Source: a virus
Taxonomy: Duplodnaviria > Heunggongvirae > Uroviricota > Caudoviricetes
IMG/VR virus record: IMGVR_UViG_2695420523_000025
Span: 1-10,856 of that record
Strand: one strand, 5' to 3'
DNA: 10,856 nucleotides
In this document: piece by piece, positions 1-7,150 of the stretch
Layout: every line of letters starts with the position of its first letter
How positions within the stretch are numbered: position 1 is the stretch's first letter
Translations under genes and position numbers: made by a program
The notes under the pieces: generated by a model
The model's database searches: none
Told to the model about the DNA's origin: nothing
What the model saw: the letters and a program-made list of their open reading frames with translations, nothing else

Positions 1-861
1 CCTGTCCTGATTGATGTGAACGGCGTTCCGCTTCGTGAGAGTCTCAGCTACAACGGGGGCGGCGCAGGATTTGGCGGGCAAATGGCGGAGTGGTTGCCAC
101 CGGCGCAGAGTGTCGATGCGGCCCTGCTGCCCGCGTTGCGTCTGGGGAATGCCCGGGCAGATGATCTGGTGCGCAATAACGGAATAGCGGCTAATGCGGT
201 GGCCCTGCATAAGGATCACATTGTCGGGCATATGTTTCTGATCAGCTACCGTCTGAACTGGCGCTGGCTGGGGATGCGGGAGACCGCAGCAAAAAGCTTT
301 GTCGATGAGGTGGAGGCGGCCTGGTCGGAATACGCAGAAGGGATGTCTGGCGAGATCGACGTGGAAGGAAAACGCACATTTACGGAGTTTATCCGTGAAG
401 GTGTTGGCGTTCATGCGTTTAACGGCGAAATCTTTGTGCAGCCGGTCTGGGATACGGAAACCACGCAGTTATTCCGTACGCGTTTTAAAGCCGTGAGTCC
501 GAAACGGGTGGACACGCCAGGACACGGTATGGGGAACCGTTTTCTGCGGGCCGGGGTGGAGGTCGATCGATATGGCCGTGCCGTTGCGTACCATATCTGT
601 GAGGATGATTTTCCGTTCTCCGGGAGTGGACGATGGGAACGGATCCCGCGTGAACTTCCCACCGGGCGTCCGGCCATGCTGCATATTTTCGAGCCGGTGG
701 AGGACGGGCAGACCCGTGGGGCCAATCAGTTTTACAGCGTCATGGAACGGCTGAAGATGCTCGATTCCCTGCAGGCAACACAGCTTCAGTCGGCCATAGT
801 GAAGGCGATTTATGTCTATCATCTCACCGTAGTTGCCCGCATCGTTCGCCAACTCCACTGA
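1..861 (+). CDS. Phage portal protein, lambda gpB family; 5' end lies off-window and the 3' part appears replaced near nt 813, so likely a disrupted gene
   Basis: The frame is open from nt 1 (GTG at 16 is only the first start the ORF finder met). The translation carries blocks I recognise from lambda-family portals: YNGGGAGFGGQ, SVDAALLP, GNARADDLVRNNG, HKDHIVG, FEPVEDGQTRGANQFYSVME, TQLQSAIVKA. Recognisable similarity ends about 15 codons before the stop. Lambda-family portals are about 500-530 aa, whereas this ORF would be about 300 aa. Confidence 0.8.
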   Translation, partial: PVLIDVNGVPLRESLSYNGGGAGFGGQMAEWLPPAQSVDAALLPALRLGNARADDLVRNNGIAANAVALHKDHIVGHMFLISYRLNWRWLGMRETAAKSFVDEVEAAWSEYAEGMSGEIDVEGKRTFTEFIREGVGVHAFNGEIFVQPVWDTETTQLFRTRFKAVSPKRVDTPGHGMGNRFLRAGVEVDRYGRAVAYHICEDDFPFSGSGRWERIPRELPTGRPAMLHIFEPVEDGQTRGANQFYSVMERLKMLDSLQATQLQSAIVKAIYVYHLTVVARIVRQLH

Positions 862-937
862 AACCCTTGCTGCGTCTGGAATGTCGTTTTCCATGCTTTT
901 GATGACCGTTCATCACCCTTCCAGTTTTTCGCGGTTT

Positions 938-991
938 TGTGTATTGCAATGTGTATTGCAAATTGGCGATCGGGATGGGTGTGTATTGCAA
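938..991 (+). repeat. Three direct copies of TGTGTATTGCAA (938-949, 950-961, 980-991) just upstream of int; candidate integrase arm-type or autoregulatory sites within the att arm
   Basis: Three exact 12-bp copies read directly, two in tandem and a third 18 bp later, ending 19 bp before the int start codon. Confidence 0.55.
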
Positions 992-1009
992 ATCTCTTGA
1001 GGGCTTTTA

Positions 1010-2251
1010 ATGGCTATTGAAAACAAACTCAGTGACAAACTGTTAAAGAGTCTTGTCGGAAAACGGCAGGACAAACAAAAAACAATAGCGGATGGGCGCG
1101 GGTTGTCTGTGCGTGTAAGCATGGTTGGGGGGATCAGCTTTGTTTTTTACTATCGTCTTGGTGGCAGGGAATCCCCTCCGGTATGGCTTACACTTGGTCG
1201 CTATCCTGACATGTCTCTTGCAACGGCTAGGCGCATGCGTGATCAGTGCCGTGAATGGCTGGCTGAAAATCTGGACCCCCGCAGGCAAATAAAACTTGCT
1301 GCCGAAAAAACTATGCAACCAGTGACCGTAAGGGATGCGCTGTTTTACTGGTACGACAATCACGCCACAACAGCCAGAAAAGAGCATGAATATTTAATAA
1401 AACGATTTGAAAAGCATATCTTCCCCTATATCGGTGATATGGCTATAGAACAGTGCAAATTACACACATGGCTTACCGTCTTTGACAGGATCAAAAAAAA
1501 TGCGCCTGTTATGTCTGGTGCAATTTTTCTTGATATCAAACAGGCGTTGCGTTTTTGTCGCGTCAGGCAATACATCGCGTGCGATCCCTTTGGAGATATT
1601 AACGTAAGTTATGTCGGGCGCTCATCCGGTATAAGGGATCGCGTTCTTAATATCAATGAAACCGCTGATGTATGGTCTTATGCTTACGGTAATAATTTGC
1701 TAACTCTGTCATCAATATATAACCGAAGAATAATGGTTATCTGCCTGGTGTTTGGTTGCCGACAGCAGGAGGCGAGGCTATCCACCTGGGACGAATGGGA
1801 TTTAAAAAACTGGGTATGGACAGTCCCAAAAGAGCACAGCAAAAACAAGGAGGCTATAGTAAGGCCTGTTCCTGACGGAATAAAACAATGGATCGTTAAT
1901 CTTTACGCAGAAACAAAAAATCGCGGTTATGTTGTCGGTTGTGCTTTGCAAAGGGCGACAATAACAGGGGCTGCAAACAGAATATGCAGGCGTCTTGGTC
2001 ATGATACTAATGGCTTGTGGTGCATACATGATTTCAGGCGCACATTTTCCACTACGCTTAATGATATGGGGGCGGATCCTTATATTGTCGAACTTCTTTT
2101 AGGTCATAAAGTGAAAGGGGTTGCTGGTGTTTACAATAAAAGCAGGCATATAAAGAAAAAACTTGAGGTGCTTAATATGTGGGTTAATTACCTTAATACG
2201 ATAGCAGGATTTAACAACAACGTTATCGAGCTTAATAAAGAGGTGGTGTGA
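1010..2251 (+). CDS. int: Tyrosine site-specific integrase, P4-like family
   Basis: 413-aa ORF with RBS GAGGG about 7 nt upstream. N-terminal arm-binding-type region (GRGLSVRVSMVGGISFVFYYRLGG...LTLGRYPDMSLATAR). C-terminal catalytic region with HDFRRTF, LLGH and the tyrosine in GVYNKS. AT-richer than the portal fragment. Confidence 0.93.
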   Translation: MAIENKLSDKLLKSLVGKRQDKQKTIADGRGLSVRVSMVGGISFVFYYRLGGRESPPVWLTLGRYPDMSLATARRMRDQCREWLAENLDPRRQIKLAAEKTMQPVTVRDALFYWYDNHATTARKEHEYLIKRFEKHIFPYIGDMAIEQCKLHTWLTVFDRIKKNAPVMSGAIFLDIKQALRFCRVRQYIACDPFGDINVSYVGRSSGIRDRVLNINETADVWSYAYGNNLLTLSSIYNRRIMVICLVFGCRQQEARLSTWDEWDLKNWVWTVPKEHSKNKEAIVRPVPDGIKQWIVNLYAETKNRGYVVGCALQRATITGAANRICRRLGHDTNGLWCIHDFRRTFSTTLNDMGADPYIVELLLGHKVKGVAGVYNKSRHIKKKLEVLNMWVNYLNTIAGFNNNVIELNKEVV

Positions 2252-2252
2252 T

Positions 2253-2510
2253 ATGGCAATTTATTCTCTTGTTGATGAAAACGATTTGCGCACAATGAAG
2301 GACATTGATCGGTTCATTCGTGAAAAAGAGTGCATAGCACTTACCACGCTGGCAAACTCAACACGCTGGAAAATGGAGCAGGCAGGTAAATTCCCGCGAC
2401 GTATCAAGATCGGTGAACGTGCTGCAGGGTATCGACTTTCAGAGGTTCAGGCATGGATCCGTGGTGAGTGGCATCCTGGATGGAAACCTGGAAAAACAAA
2501 ACAGCAATAA
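2253..2510 (+). CDS. alpA: AlpA-family (Phage_AlpA) helix-turn-helix regulator / excisionase-like protein
   Basis: 85-aa ORF starting 1 nt after the int stop (TGAtATG) with RBS AAGAGGTGG. The core LTTLANSTRWKMEQAGKFPRRIKIGERAAGYRLSEVQAWI matches the AlpA/Xis pattern. Confidence 0.85.
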   Translation: MAIYSLVDENDLRTMKDIDRFIREKECIALTTLANSTRWKMEQAGKFPRRIKIGERAAGYRLSEVQAWIRGEWHPGWKPGKTKQQ

Positions 2511-2523
2511 CCAGTAAATAATG

Positions 2524-2546
2524 CCCCTCATCACGAGGGGTTTTTT
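2524..2546 (+). terminator. Intrinsic terminator closing the int-alpA unit
   Basis: Stem CCCCTC (2524-2529), loop ATCAC, stem GAGGGG (2535-2540), then TTTTTT (2541-2546). Confidence 0.65.
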
Positions 2547-2566
2547 GTCTATAAGGTAAAAACGCG

Positions 2567-3145
2567 ATGAATAAAAATATTGCCGTGACGGGCAAGGGGT
2601 ACGCTCGTCCAGTGAAAAAATTCTGCGATATTCGTGATCTCGTCGTTCTGCGCTTTGATAGTGTGAACGTTCGTGTGGTGTATCTGAACGGCGATCCGTG
2701 GTTTGTTGCAAAAGATGTTTGTGCTGCGCTGGAACTAACCAATTCGCGTACGGCGTTGCAGATGCTTGATGATGATGAAAAGGGAGTAAATTTAACTTAC
2801 ACCCCAGGAGGAAATCAGAATATGAGAATTATCTCTGAGTCAGGTTTCTACAAACTAATAGCCCGCAGCCGCAAAGCAACGACGCCTGGCACATTTGCTC
2901 ATCGTTTCAGTAACTGGGTATTCAGAAATGTGATACCAGGTATCAGAAAAACGGGGACTTATGGTATCCCGTGGGGTGCATTACAGGATTTTTCCCGCCG
3001 TAAAGAGCAATATCAAATAAGTGCCAGCGAGAAGGGGAGGGAGCTACAGGCATGTAAGCGCAAAAAGCGTGAGCTGGAGGAAGAAGAAAAAACGCTGATA
3101 CGTGAATATCAGCCTGAGTTTTACTTTGGTAACCGCATTCAGTGA
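2567..3145 (+). CDS. Bro-N domain protein (antirepressor-like) with a charged coiled-coil C-terminus
   Basis: 192-aa ORF. The core VVYLNGDPWFVAKDVCAALELTNSRTALQMLDDDEKG is typical of the Bro-N fold. C-terminal KRKKRELEEEEKTLIREYQ is predicted helical. It starts only 20 nt after the terminator T-tract, so its promoter is unclear. Confidence 0.7.
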   Translation: MNKNIAVTGKGYARPVKKFCDIRDLVVLRFDSVNVRVVYLNGDPWFVAKDVCAALELTNSRTALQMLDDDEKGVNLTYTPGGNQNMRIISESGFYKLIARSRKATTPGTFAHRFSNWVFRNVIPGIRKTGTYGIPWGALQDFSRRKEQYQISASEKGRELQACKRKKRELEEEEKTLIREYQPEFYFGNRIQ

Positions 3146-3154
3146 CAAAACAAA

Positions 3155-3175
3155 GGCGACCGCAAAAGGGTCGCC
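3155..3175. terminator. GC hairpin between the convergent Bro-N and minus-strand genes; possible terminator, better placed for minus-strand transcripts
   Basis: GGCGACC (3155-3161), loop of 7 nt, GGTCGCC (3169-3175). No T-run follows on the + strand; the minus strand reads TTTGTTTTG after the stem. Confidence 0.35.
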
Positions 3176-3241
3176 AGTGGGAACAAGGGAAAACAAAAGC
3201 ATCACCAACAATGCCACATTTGCGGCTGGTGGGCAATGTGA

Positions 3242-3421
3242 TCAGTCAGATTTGGTTCGTTCCAAGGTTTGCAACGAGAGCTTTTTCCTGTGCTCTTTAA
3301 GGAATTTCTCAAGAGCAAACGAACAAGGTGCGAATCTTTCTGATTCATGTTCATGCGCTATATTTTTGCGTCGTCTCTTACGAGTTGGTGATGGTGTTTT
3401 GGTTGATTCTGTGTCGCTCAT
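3242..3421 (-). CDS. Small basic hypothetical protein (59 aa), absent from the ORF track
   Basis: Manually translated from the minus strand: MSDTESTKTPSPTRKRRRKNIAHEHESERFAPCSFALEKFLKEHRKKLSLQTLERTKSD, with stop TGA at 3244-3242. AGGA lies 7 nt upstream of the ATG. It sits 57 nt downstream of the RHH-like gene on the same strand. Confidence 0.3.
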   Translation of the reverse strand: MSDTESTKTPSPTRKRRRKNIAHEHESERFAPCSFALEKFLKEHRKKLSLQTLERTKSD

Positions 3422-3478
3422 GGTGCTGTCCTGTAAAGCAATGCGCCTGCGTTCCTCAAACTATGGCGCTGATAGTGG

Positions 3479-3784
3479 CTATTCCTGCTCTTTGACCTTG
3501 CGTCGCTGGAGTTCTTCACGCGCGACGGTGACGAGTTGCCCGATCTCCTCGGCGGCTTTGACTCCGATTTTTTCCACCTGCGCTAGGGCATCGAGCGAAG
3601 AAACCAGGAGGTTTTCTCCGCTTCCTTCTGCCTGGCGGCGGGCGATTTCACCGCGCATGGCGGTTACTATGAATCCGGCGTTGCTTTCACCGTCCAGTTT
3701 TACGGATTCCATGCCTTCAATAACATCATGCGGGATCCGAGCTGTCAGTGATTGTGATTTTGCGTTTTTTGAACCTGTAGCCAT
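3479..3784 (-). CDS. Ribbon-helix-helix-like DNA-binding protein; candidate repressor of the divergent rightward operon
   Basis: The N-terminus KSQSLTARIPHDVIEGMESVKLDGESNAGFIVTAMRGEIARR has the RHH beta-strand plus two helices pattern, followed by a helical tail. I prefer the ATG at 3784 (RBS GAGAGGA 6 nt upstream) over the ORF-track TTG at 3799. It is divergent from a region with palindromic operator-like sites. Confidence 0.6.
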   Translation of the reverse strand: MATGSKNAKSQSLTARIPHDVIEGMESVKLDGESNAGFIVTAMRGEIARRQAEGSGENLLVSSLDALAQVEKIGVKAAEEIGQLVTVAREELQRRKVKEQE

Positions 3785-3805
3785 CTGTAATCCTCTCAAT
3801 GAAAG

Positions 3806-3900
3806 TGTAAGACAATATACACATAAAAAGTCTTACATAAAAGCATTGACATGTAAGCCACCTATAAATAAAGTTACTTACACCTTGTTAATACAAGGTG
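3806..3900. promoter_or_regulatory. Divergent promoter/operator region with TGTAAG/CTTACA half-sites, a sigma70-like rightward promoter and a 7-bp-stem palindrome
   Basis: Half-sites TGTAAG at 3806-3811 and 3852-3857, inverted partners CTTACA at 3832-3837 and 3877-3882. TTGACA at 3846-3851 with TAAAGT 17 bp downstream at 3869-3874 (rightward). On the minus strand TATATT is a candidate -10 for the RHH gene. Palindrome CACCTTG-N6-CAAGGTG at 3881-3900. Confidence 0.45.
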
Positions 3901-3980
3901 CAGAAACGACGAAACCCCGCACTGTAGGAGCAGTAACGGGGCTTCTAACCACCAACGATAGCAAGATTATCGAGGCAGCT

Positions 3981-4184
3981 ATGAGAAATTATACCATACA
4001 CCCGCAAGGGCGGGACTCGTACAACCTGAATAAATACATCTGGCGTTTTATCGCCCTGAGCACCGCACAACCGCGCGTGATTCACATCGTGGCCACCAGC
4101 GAACAGGAAGCACGCCAGCAATCCCCGGCTGGCTGCGTGATGGTATTCGCCGCCCGTATTCGTCAGGGGGTGTGCCATGCCTGA
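3981..4184 (+). CDS. Small hypothetical protein (67 aa), first gene of the rightward operon
   Basis: ATG at 3981 with GAGG 5 nt upstream, in frame with the stop at 4182-4184, which overlaps the start of the next gene by 8 nt. It is the only plausible part of the long low-complexity ORF 3102..4184. Confidence 0.45.
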   Translation: MRNYTIHPQGRDSYNLNKYIWRFIALSTAQPRVIHIVATSEQEARQQSPAGCVMVFAARIRQGVCHA

Positions 4185-4497
4185 TATGTCAAATTACCAG
4201 TACCTGATTAATCCGCATTTTAACTGTGAGCATGATATTGCTAAAAAGGTTTATTCCGCTGCTGATGGGGCTACTGACAATATATCAATGGCTGTTGCGT
4301 CAATTGGTAGCCTGATGTGGCATGCGTCAGAAAATGAGGACTATGACGAAAAGGCCATGCGCATTGATATGGGTAATATCGGTTTGTTACTGGCAATGCT
4401 TGGGCAGTTTGATATTTCGTTACGGTGCACCATTGAAAATGCCACAGATGCATTAAATGCCATAAAGAAAGCGAATACTGATTCAAATCGGGGATAA
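4177..4497 (+). CDS. Hypothetical protein (106 aa)
   Basis: ATG at 4177 with RBS AGGGGG 6 nt upstream. Overlaps the preceding stop. No recognisable motif. Confidence 0.6.
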   Translation: MPDMSNYQYLINPHFNCEHDIAKKVYSAADGATDNISMAVASIGSLMWHASENEDYDEKAMRIDMGNIGLLLAMLGQFDISLRCTIENATDALNAIKKANTDSNRG

Positions 4498-4503
4498 ATA
4501 ATC

Positions 4504-4803
4504 ATGAGAACATATTTATCTGGCTTGACTGCCAGCGGTTATGCACACCCCAAAATTATCCCCGGCGCTATTTATCTGGATAAGAACGGTAACAGAGTAA
4601 CGGTAAAAGAGCTGATGTTTGACCGTGTGTATTTTATTCGTGATGGCTATTCATTTCATAGTTCGCTGAACGTGGAGATCTTTATTAGCAGATTCAGGCG
4701 GGAAATCCCGCTTTCCAGAAAAAACCATGTGTCACGTGTGAATGTGGATAAAAAACTACAGGAACTGAAAAACATGATTGCCGCGTGGAGAGAGCAGAAA
4801 TGA
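4504..4803 (+). CDS. Hypothetical protein (99 aa)
   Basis: ATG at 4504, 7 nt after the previous stop. Its stop TGA (4801-4803) overlaps the primase ATG (4800-4802). No recognisable motif. Confidence 0.6.
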   Translation: MRTYLSGLTASGYAHPKIIPGAIYLDKNGNRVTVKELMFDRVYFIRDGYSFHSSLNVEIFISRFRREIPLSRKNHVSRVNVDKKLQELKNMIAAWREQK

Positions 4804-6617
4804 AAAAAGCGCCAAATTTAAAACACCAGCCGCGTGACAAAATGACGGAAGTCATCATTTTTGCGGGTAGTGATGCGTGGGCACATGCGAAGCAGTGGCA
4901 GGAACAGGACGGGCGACTGGCTGGCGATAACGTGCCTCCTGTCTGGCTTGGAGAGCAACAACTTGCCGAACTGGACAACCTGCAAATCGTACCGGACGGA
5001 CGCTATCGCGTGCGTCTCTATCAGGCGGGGTTATTGCGTCCGGGGCTTGTTAATACCATCGGGCAGAAACTGGCAGCGGCAGGTGTCAGGGATGCTGATT
5101 ATTACTCTGAAGGAATGCACAGCCAGAAACGGGAGAACTGGCGCGAATATCTGGAACGTGAACGGGCAGAGCTGGCGGAAAAGAAAAAGGTAGTTGAACT
5201 GCCTGTAAAGAAAAAAGAGCGGGTAAAAGACGATAACGCTTCATCACTGGCGCTTAACCAGATGGGAGCAAGTCAACGCGGCGAAGTTCTCCTGGCACAT
5301 TATGGCGGTGAACTGGCGATTCATGCTGACTCTGACACTGTTCACCATTACAACGGCGTTGTATGGGAGCCAGTACAGGATAAAGAATTACAGCGAGCTA
5401 TGGCACAGATTTTCATTGATGCGGAGATCAGCTATTCGCAGAACGCCATTAAATCGGCGGTCGATACCATGAAGTTAAGTTTGCCTGTTATGGGGAATAC
5501 AGCCCGTAACCTGATTGGATTCAGTAACGGGGTATTTGATACCAGAACAGGTAATTTTCGGGAGCATAACAAAAACGACTGGTTGTTAATTGCCAGTGAA
5601 TTACCTTTCAGCCCACCAGCAGAGGGGGAAACGCTGGCAACACATGCGCCGAATTTCTGGAAGTGGTTACGCCGTTCGGTGGCTGAGAATGACCGCAAGG
5701 CGGATCGCGTACTGGCTGCATTATTCATGGTGCTGGCGAACCGGTACGACTGGCAGTTATTCATTGAGGTAACAGGTCCAGGGGGAAGTGGTAAAAGCGT
5801 GATGGCGGAGATTTGCACCATGCTGGCGGGTAAGGCCAACACAGTATCGGCAAGCATGAAGGCGCTGGAAGATGCAAGGGAACGCGCGTTAGTGGTTGGC
5901 TTTTCGCTGATTATCATGCCGGATATGACCCGCTACGCTGGTGATGGGGCAGGAATTAAGGCCATTACAGGCGGTGACAAGGTGGCAATTGACCCGAAAC
6001 ACAAAGCCCCCTACTCAACGCGTATTCCGGCAGTAGTGCTGGCGGTTAACAATAACGCCATGTCATTCAGTGACCGCAGCGGGGGGATCTCACGTCGTCG
6101 GGTGATATTCAATTTTTCGGAAGTTGTACCGGAGAACGAACGCGATCCAATGCTGGCGGAAAAAATAGAAGGTGAGCTGGCGGTAGTGATTCGCCATCTG
6201 CTTACACGGTTTGCTGACCAGGACGAAGCCAGACGCCTGTTATATGAGCAGCAGAAATCTGAAGAAGCACTGGCGATAAAGCGAGAGGGGGATTCGCTGG
6301 TGGACTTCTGCGGCTATCTCATGGCGTCGGTAATGTGTGATGGCCTGTTAGTGGGTAATGCTGAAATTGTGCCATTCAGCCCACGCAGGTATCTCTATCA
6401 TGCCTATCTGGCTTATATGAGGGCACATGGGTTTGGTAAACCTGTAACACTGACGCGCTTCGGTAAAGATATGCCGGGGGCAATGGCGGAATATGGCAGG
6501 GAGTATATGAAACGGAAAACGAAGCACGGTTTGCGTTCAAACGTGACACTGACGGAGGAATCAGAAGACTGGATGCCATCATGTGTATCGGTCACTAATG
6601 ACGATAGCAAAAATTAA
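4800..6617 (+). CDS. Replication primase/helicase, P4 alpha-like (N-terminal primase-type region plus SF3/D5-type NTPase)
   Basis: Long ORF with Walker A GPGGSGKS and a downstream hydrophobic stretch ending in D (SLIIMPDM, Walker B-like). Start taken at ATG 4800 (RBS GGAGAGAG), but GTG 4785 and ATG 4842 are alternatives. An iteron array follows immediately. Confidence 0.9.
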   Translation: MKKAPNLKHQPRDKMTEVIIFAGSDAWAHAKQWQEQDGRLAGDNVPPVWLGEQQLAELDNLQIVPDGRYRVRLYQAGLLRPGLVNTIGQKLAAAGVRDADYYSEGMHSQKRENWREYLERERAELAEKKKVVELPVKKKERVKDDNASSLALNQMGASQRGEVLLAHYGGELAIHADSDTVHHYNGVVWEPVQDKELQRAMAQIFIDAEISYSQNAIKSAVDTMKLSLPVMGNTARNLIGFSNGVFDTRTGNFREHNKNDWLLIASELPFSPPAEGETLATHAPNFWKWLRRSVAENDRKADRVLAALFMVLANRYDWQLFIEVTGPGGSGKSVMAEICTMLAGKANTVSASMKALEDARERALVVGFSLIIMPDMTRYAGDGAGIKAITGGDKVAIDPKHKAPYSTRIPAVVLAVNNNAMSFSDRSGGISRRRVIFNFSEVVPENERDPMLAEKIEGELAVVIRHLLTRFADQDEARRLLYEQQKSEEALAIKREGDSLVDFCGYLMASVMCDGLLVGNAEIVPFSPRRYLYHAYLAYMRAHGFGKPVTLTRFGKDMPGAMAEYGREYMKRKTKHGLRSNVTLTEESEDWMPSCVSVTNDDSKN

Positions 6618-6630
6618 ACTTATGGAATAA

Positions 6631-6853
6631 CTGTTCACCACTGTTCACCCTGTCATAAATATCTTTTGTATCAGTATGTTATAGGGTGAACAGTTATTTA
6701 TGAACTGTTCACCAAACTATTCACTGTTCACCTTTTTGATTGTTTATTGAGCTTCAAGGGTGAACAGTGGTGAACAGTTGGTGAATAGTTTTTGTGAAAC
6801 TGTTCACCCCTTAACATTATGAATAAAAAGTTAAAATATCAAAAGGTGAACAG
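6631..6853. repeat. Iteron array, putative origin of replication of the element
   Basis: Exact CTGTTCACC at 6631, 6641, 6705, 6724 and 6800. Exact inverse GGTGAACAG at 6685, 6759, 6769 and 6845. Degenerate GGTGAATAG at 6780. Tandem copies have 10-11 bp periodicity. Two inverted pairs have 11-bp AT-rich spacers (6685-6713 and 6780-6808). The surroundings are AT-rich and directly downstream of the primase gene. Confidence 0.75.
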
Positions 6854-6904
6854 GTGAAGGGTTAAAACGCAAAAATTTTAATTTACTGCTGTGAGATAAA
6901 GCCT

Positions 6905-7150
6905 ATGACAGCGAAGCACACAAAAAAATCACAATCGCACGCCCTTGATTTGACGGAACACTGGTTAAGGGTGTCGATAAAAATCATCGACCGCAACGCC
7001 GGGGAAGGATATGCGAAAGCACATCCCGAACTGATTAGCTCATTCATGACAACGGCAGCTGCAAACTTTGCCACGCTGACAGAACGGGAGATTGCCGAAG
7101 CGGAACAGGTGACAACCATCAACGTTAAAACCGGAGAGCAGACAGCATGA
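6905..7150 (+). CDS. Hypothetical protein (81 aa), translationally coupled to the SSB-like gene
   Basis: ATG at 6905. Its stop TGA (7148-7150) overlaps the downstream ATG (7147-7149). No recognisable motif. Confidence 0.55.
   Translation: MTAKHTKKSQSHALDLTEHWLRVSIKIIDRNAGEGYAKAHPELISSFMTTAAANFATLTEREIAEAEQVTTINVKTGEQTA

Noticed and set aside
299-894. ORFs 299..496 (+), 411..725 (-), 469..894 (-) and 572..754 (+) inside the portal fragment
   Set aside because: They are alternative-frame or antisense ORFs wholly within a well-supported coding region, as expected by chance in GC-rich coding DNA.
862-1009. tRNA gene at the left junction, the usual target of P4-type integrases
   Set aside because: No cloverleaf-compatible sequence or conserved tRNA 3' end is visible between the portal stop and int. 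The junction lies in the portal coding sequence instead.
1043-2029. Minus-strand ORFs 1043..1387 and 1802..2029 inside int
   Set aside because: They are antisense to the integrase gene with no start signals, so they are shadow ORFs.
3102-4184. 360-aa + strand ORF spanning the Bro-N end to the operon start
   Set aside because: Its translation is Ser/Cys/Arg-rich and low-complexity, it runs antisense through the RHH-like gene and across a hairpin and the promoter region, and it has no RBS at its start. Only its last 67 codons (3981..4184) were kept as a candidate gene.
4861-6610. ORFs 4861..5193 (+), 5432..5917 (-), 5590..5772 (+), 6376..6582 (-) and 6413..6610 (-) within the primase gene
   Set aside because: They overlap the primase/helicase frame, which carries clear Walker motifs. 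No independent support.
6631-6853. Possible CRISPR array
   Set aside because: The repeats are only 9 bp, occur in both orientations, and lack uniform spacers. The pattern fits origin iterons, not CRISPR.
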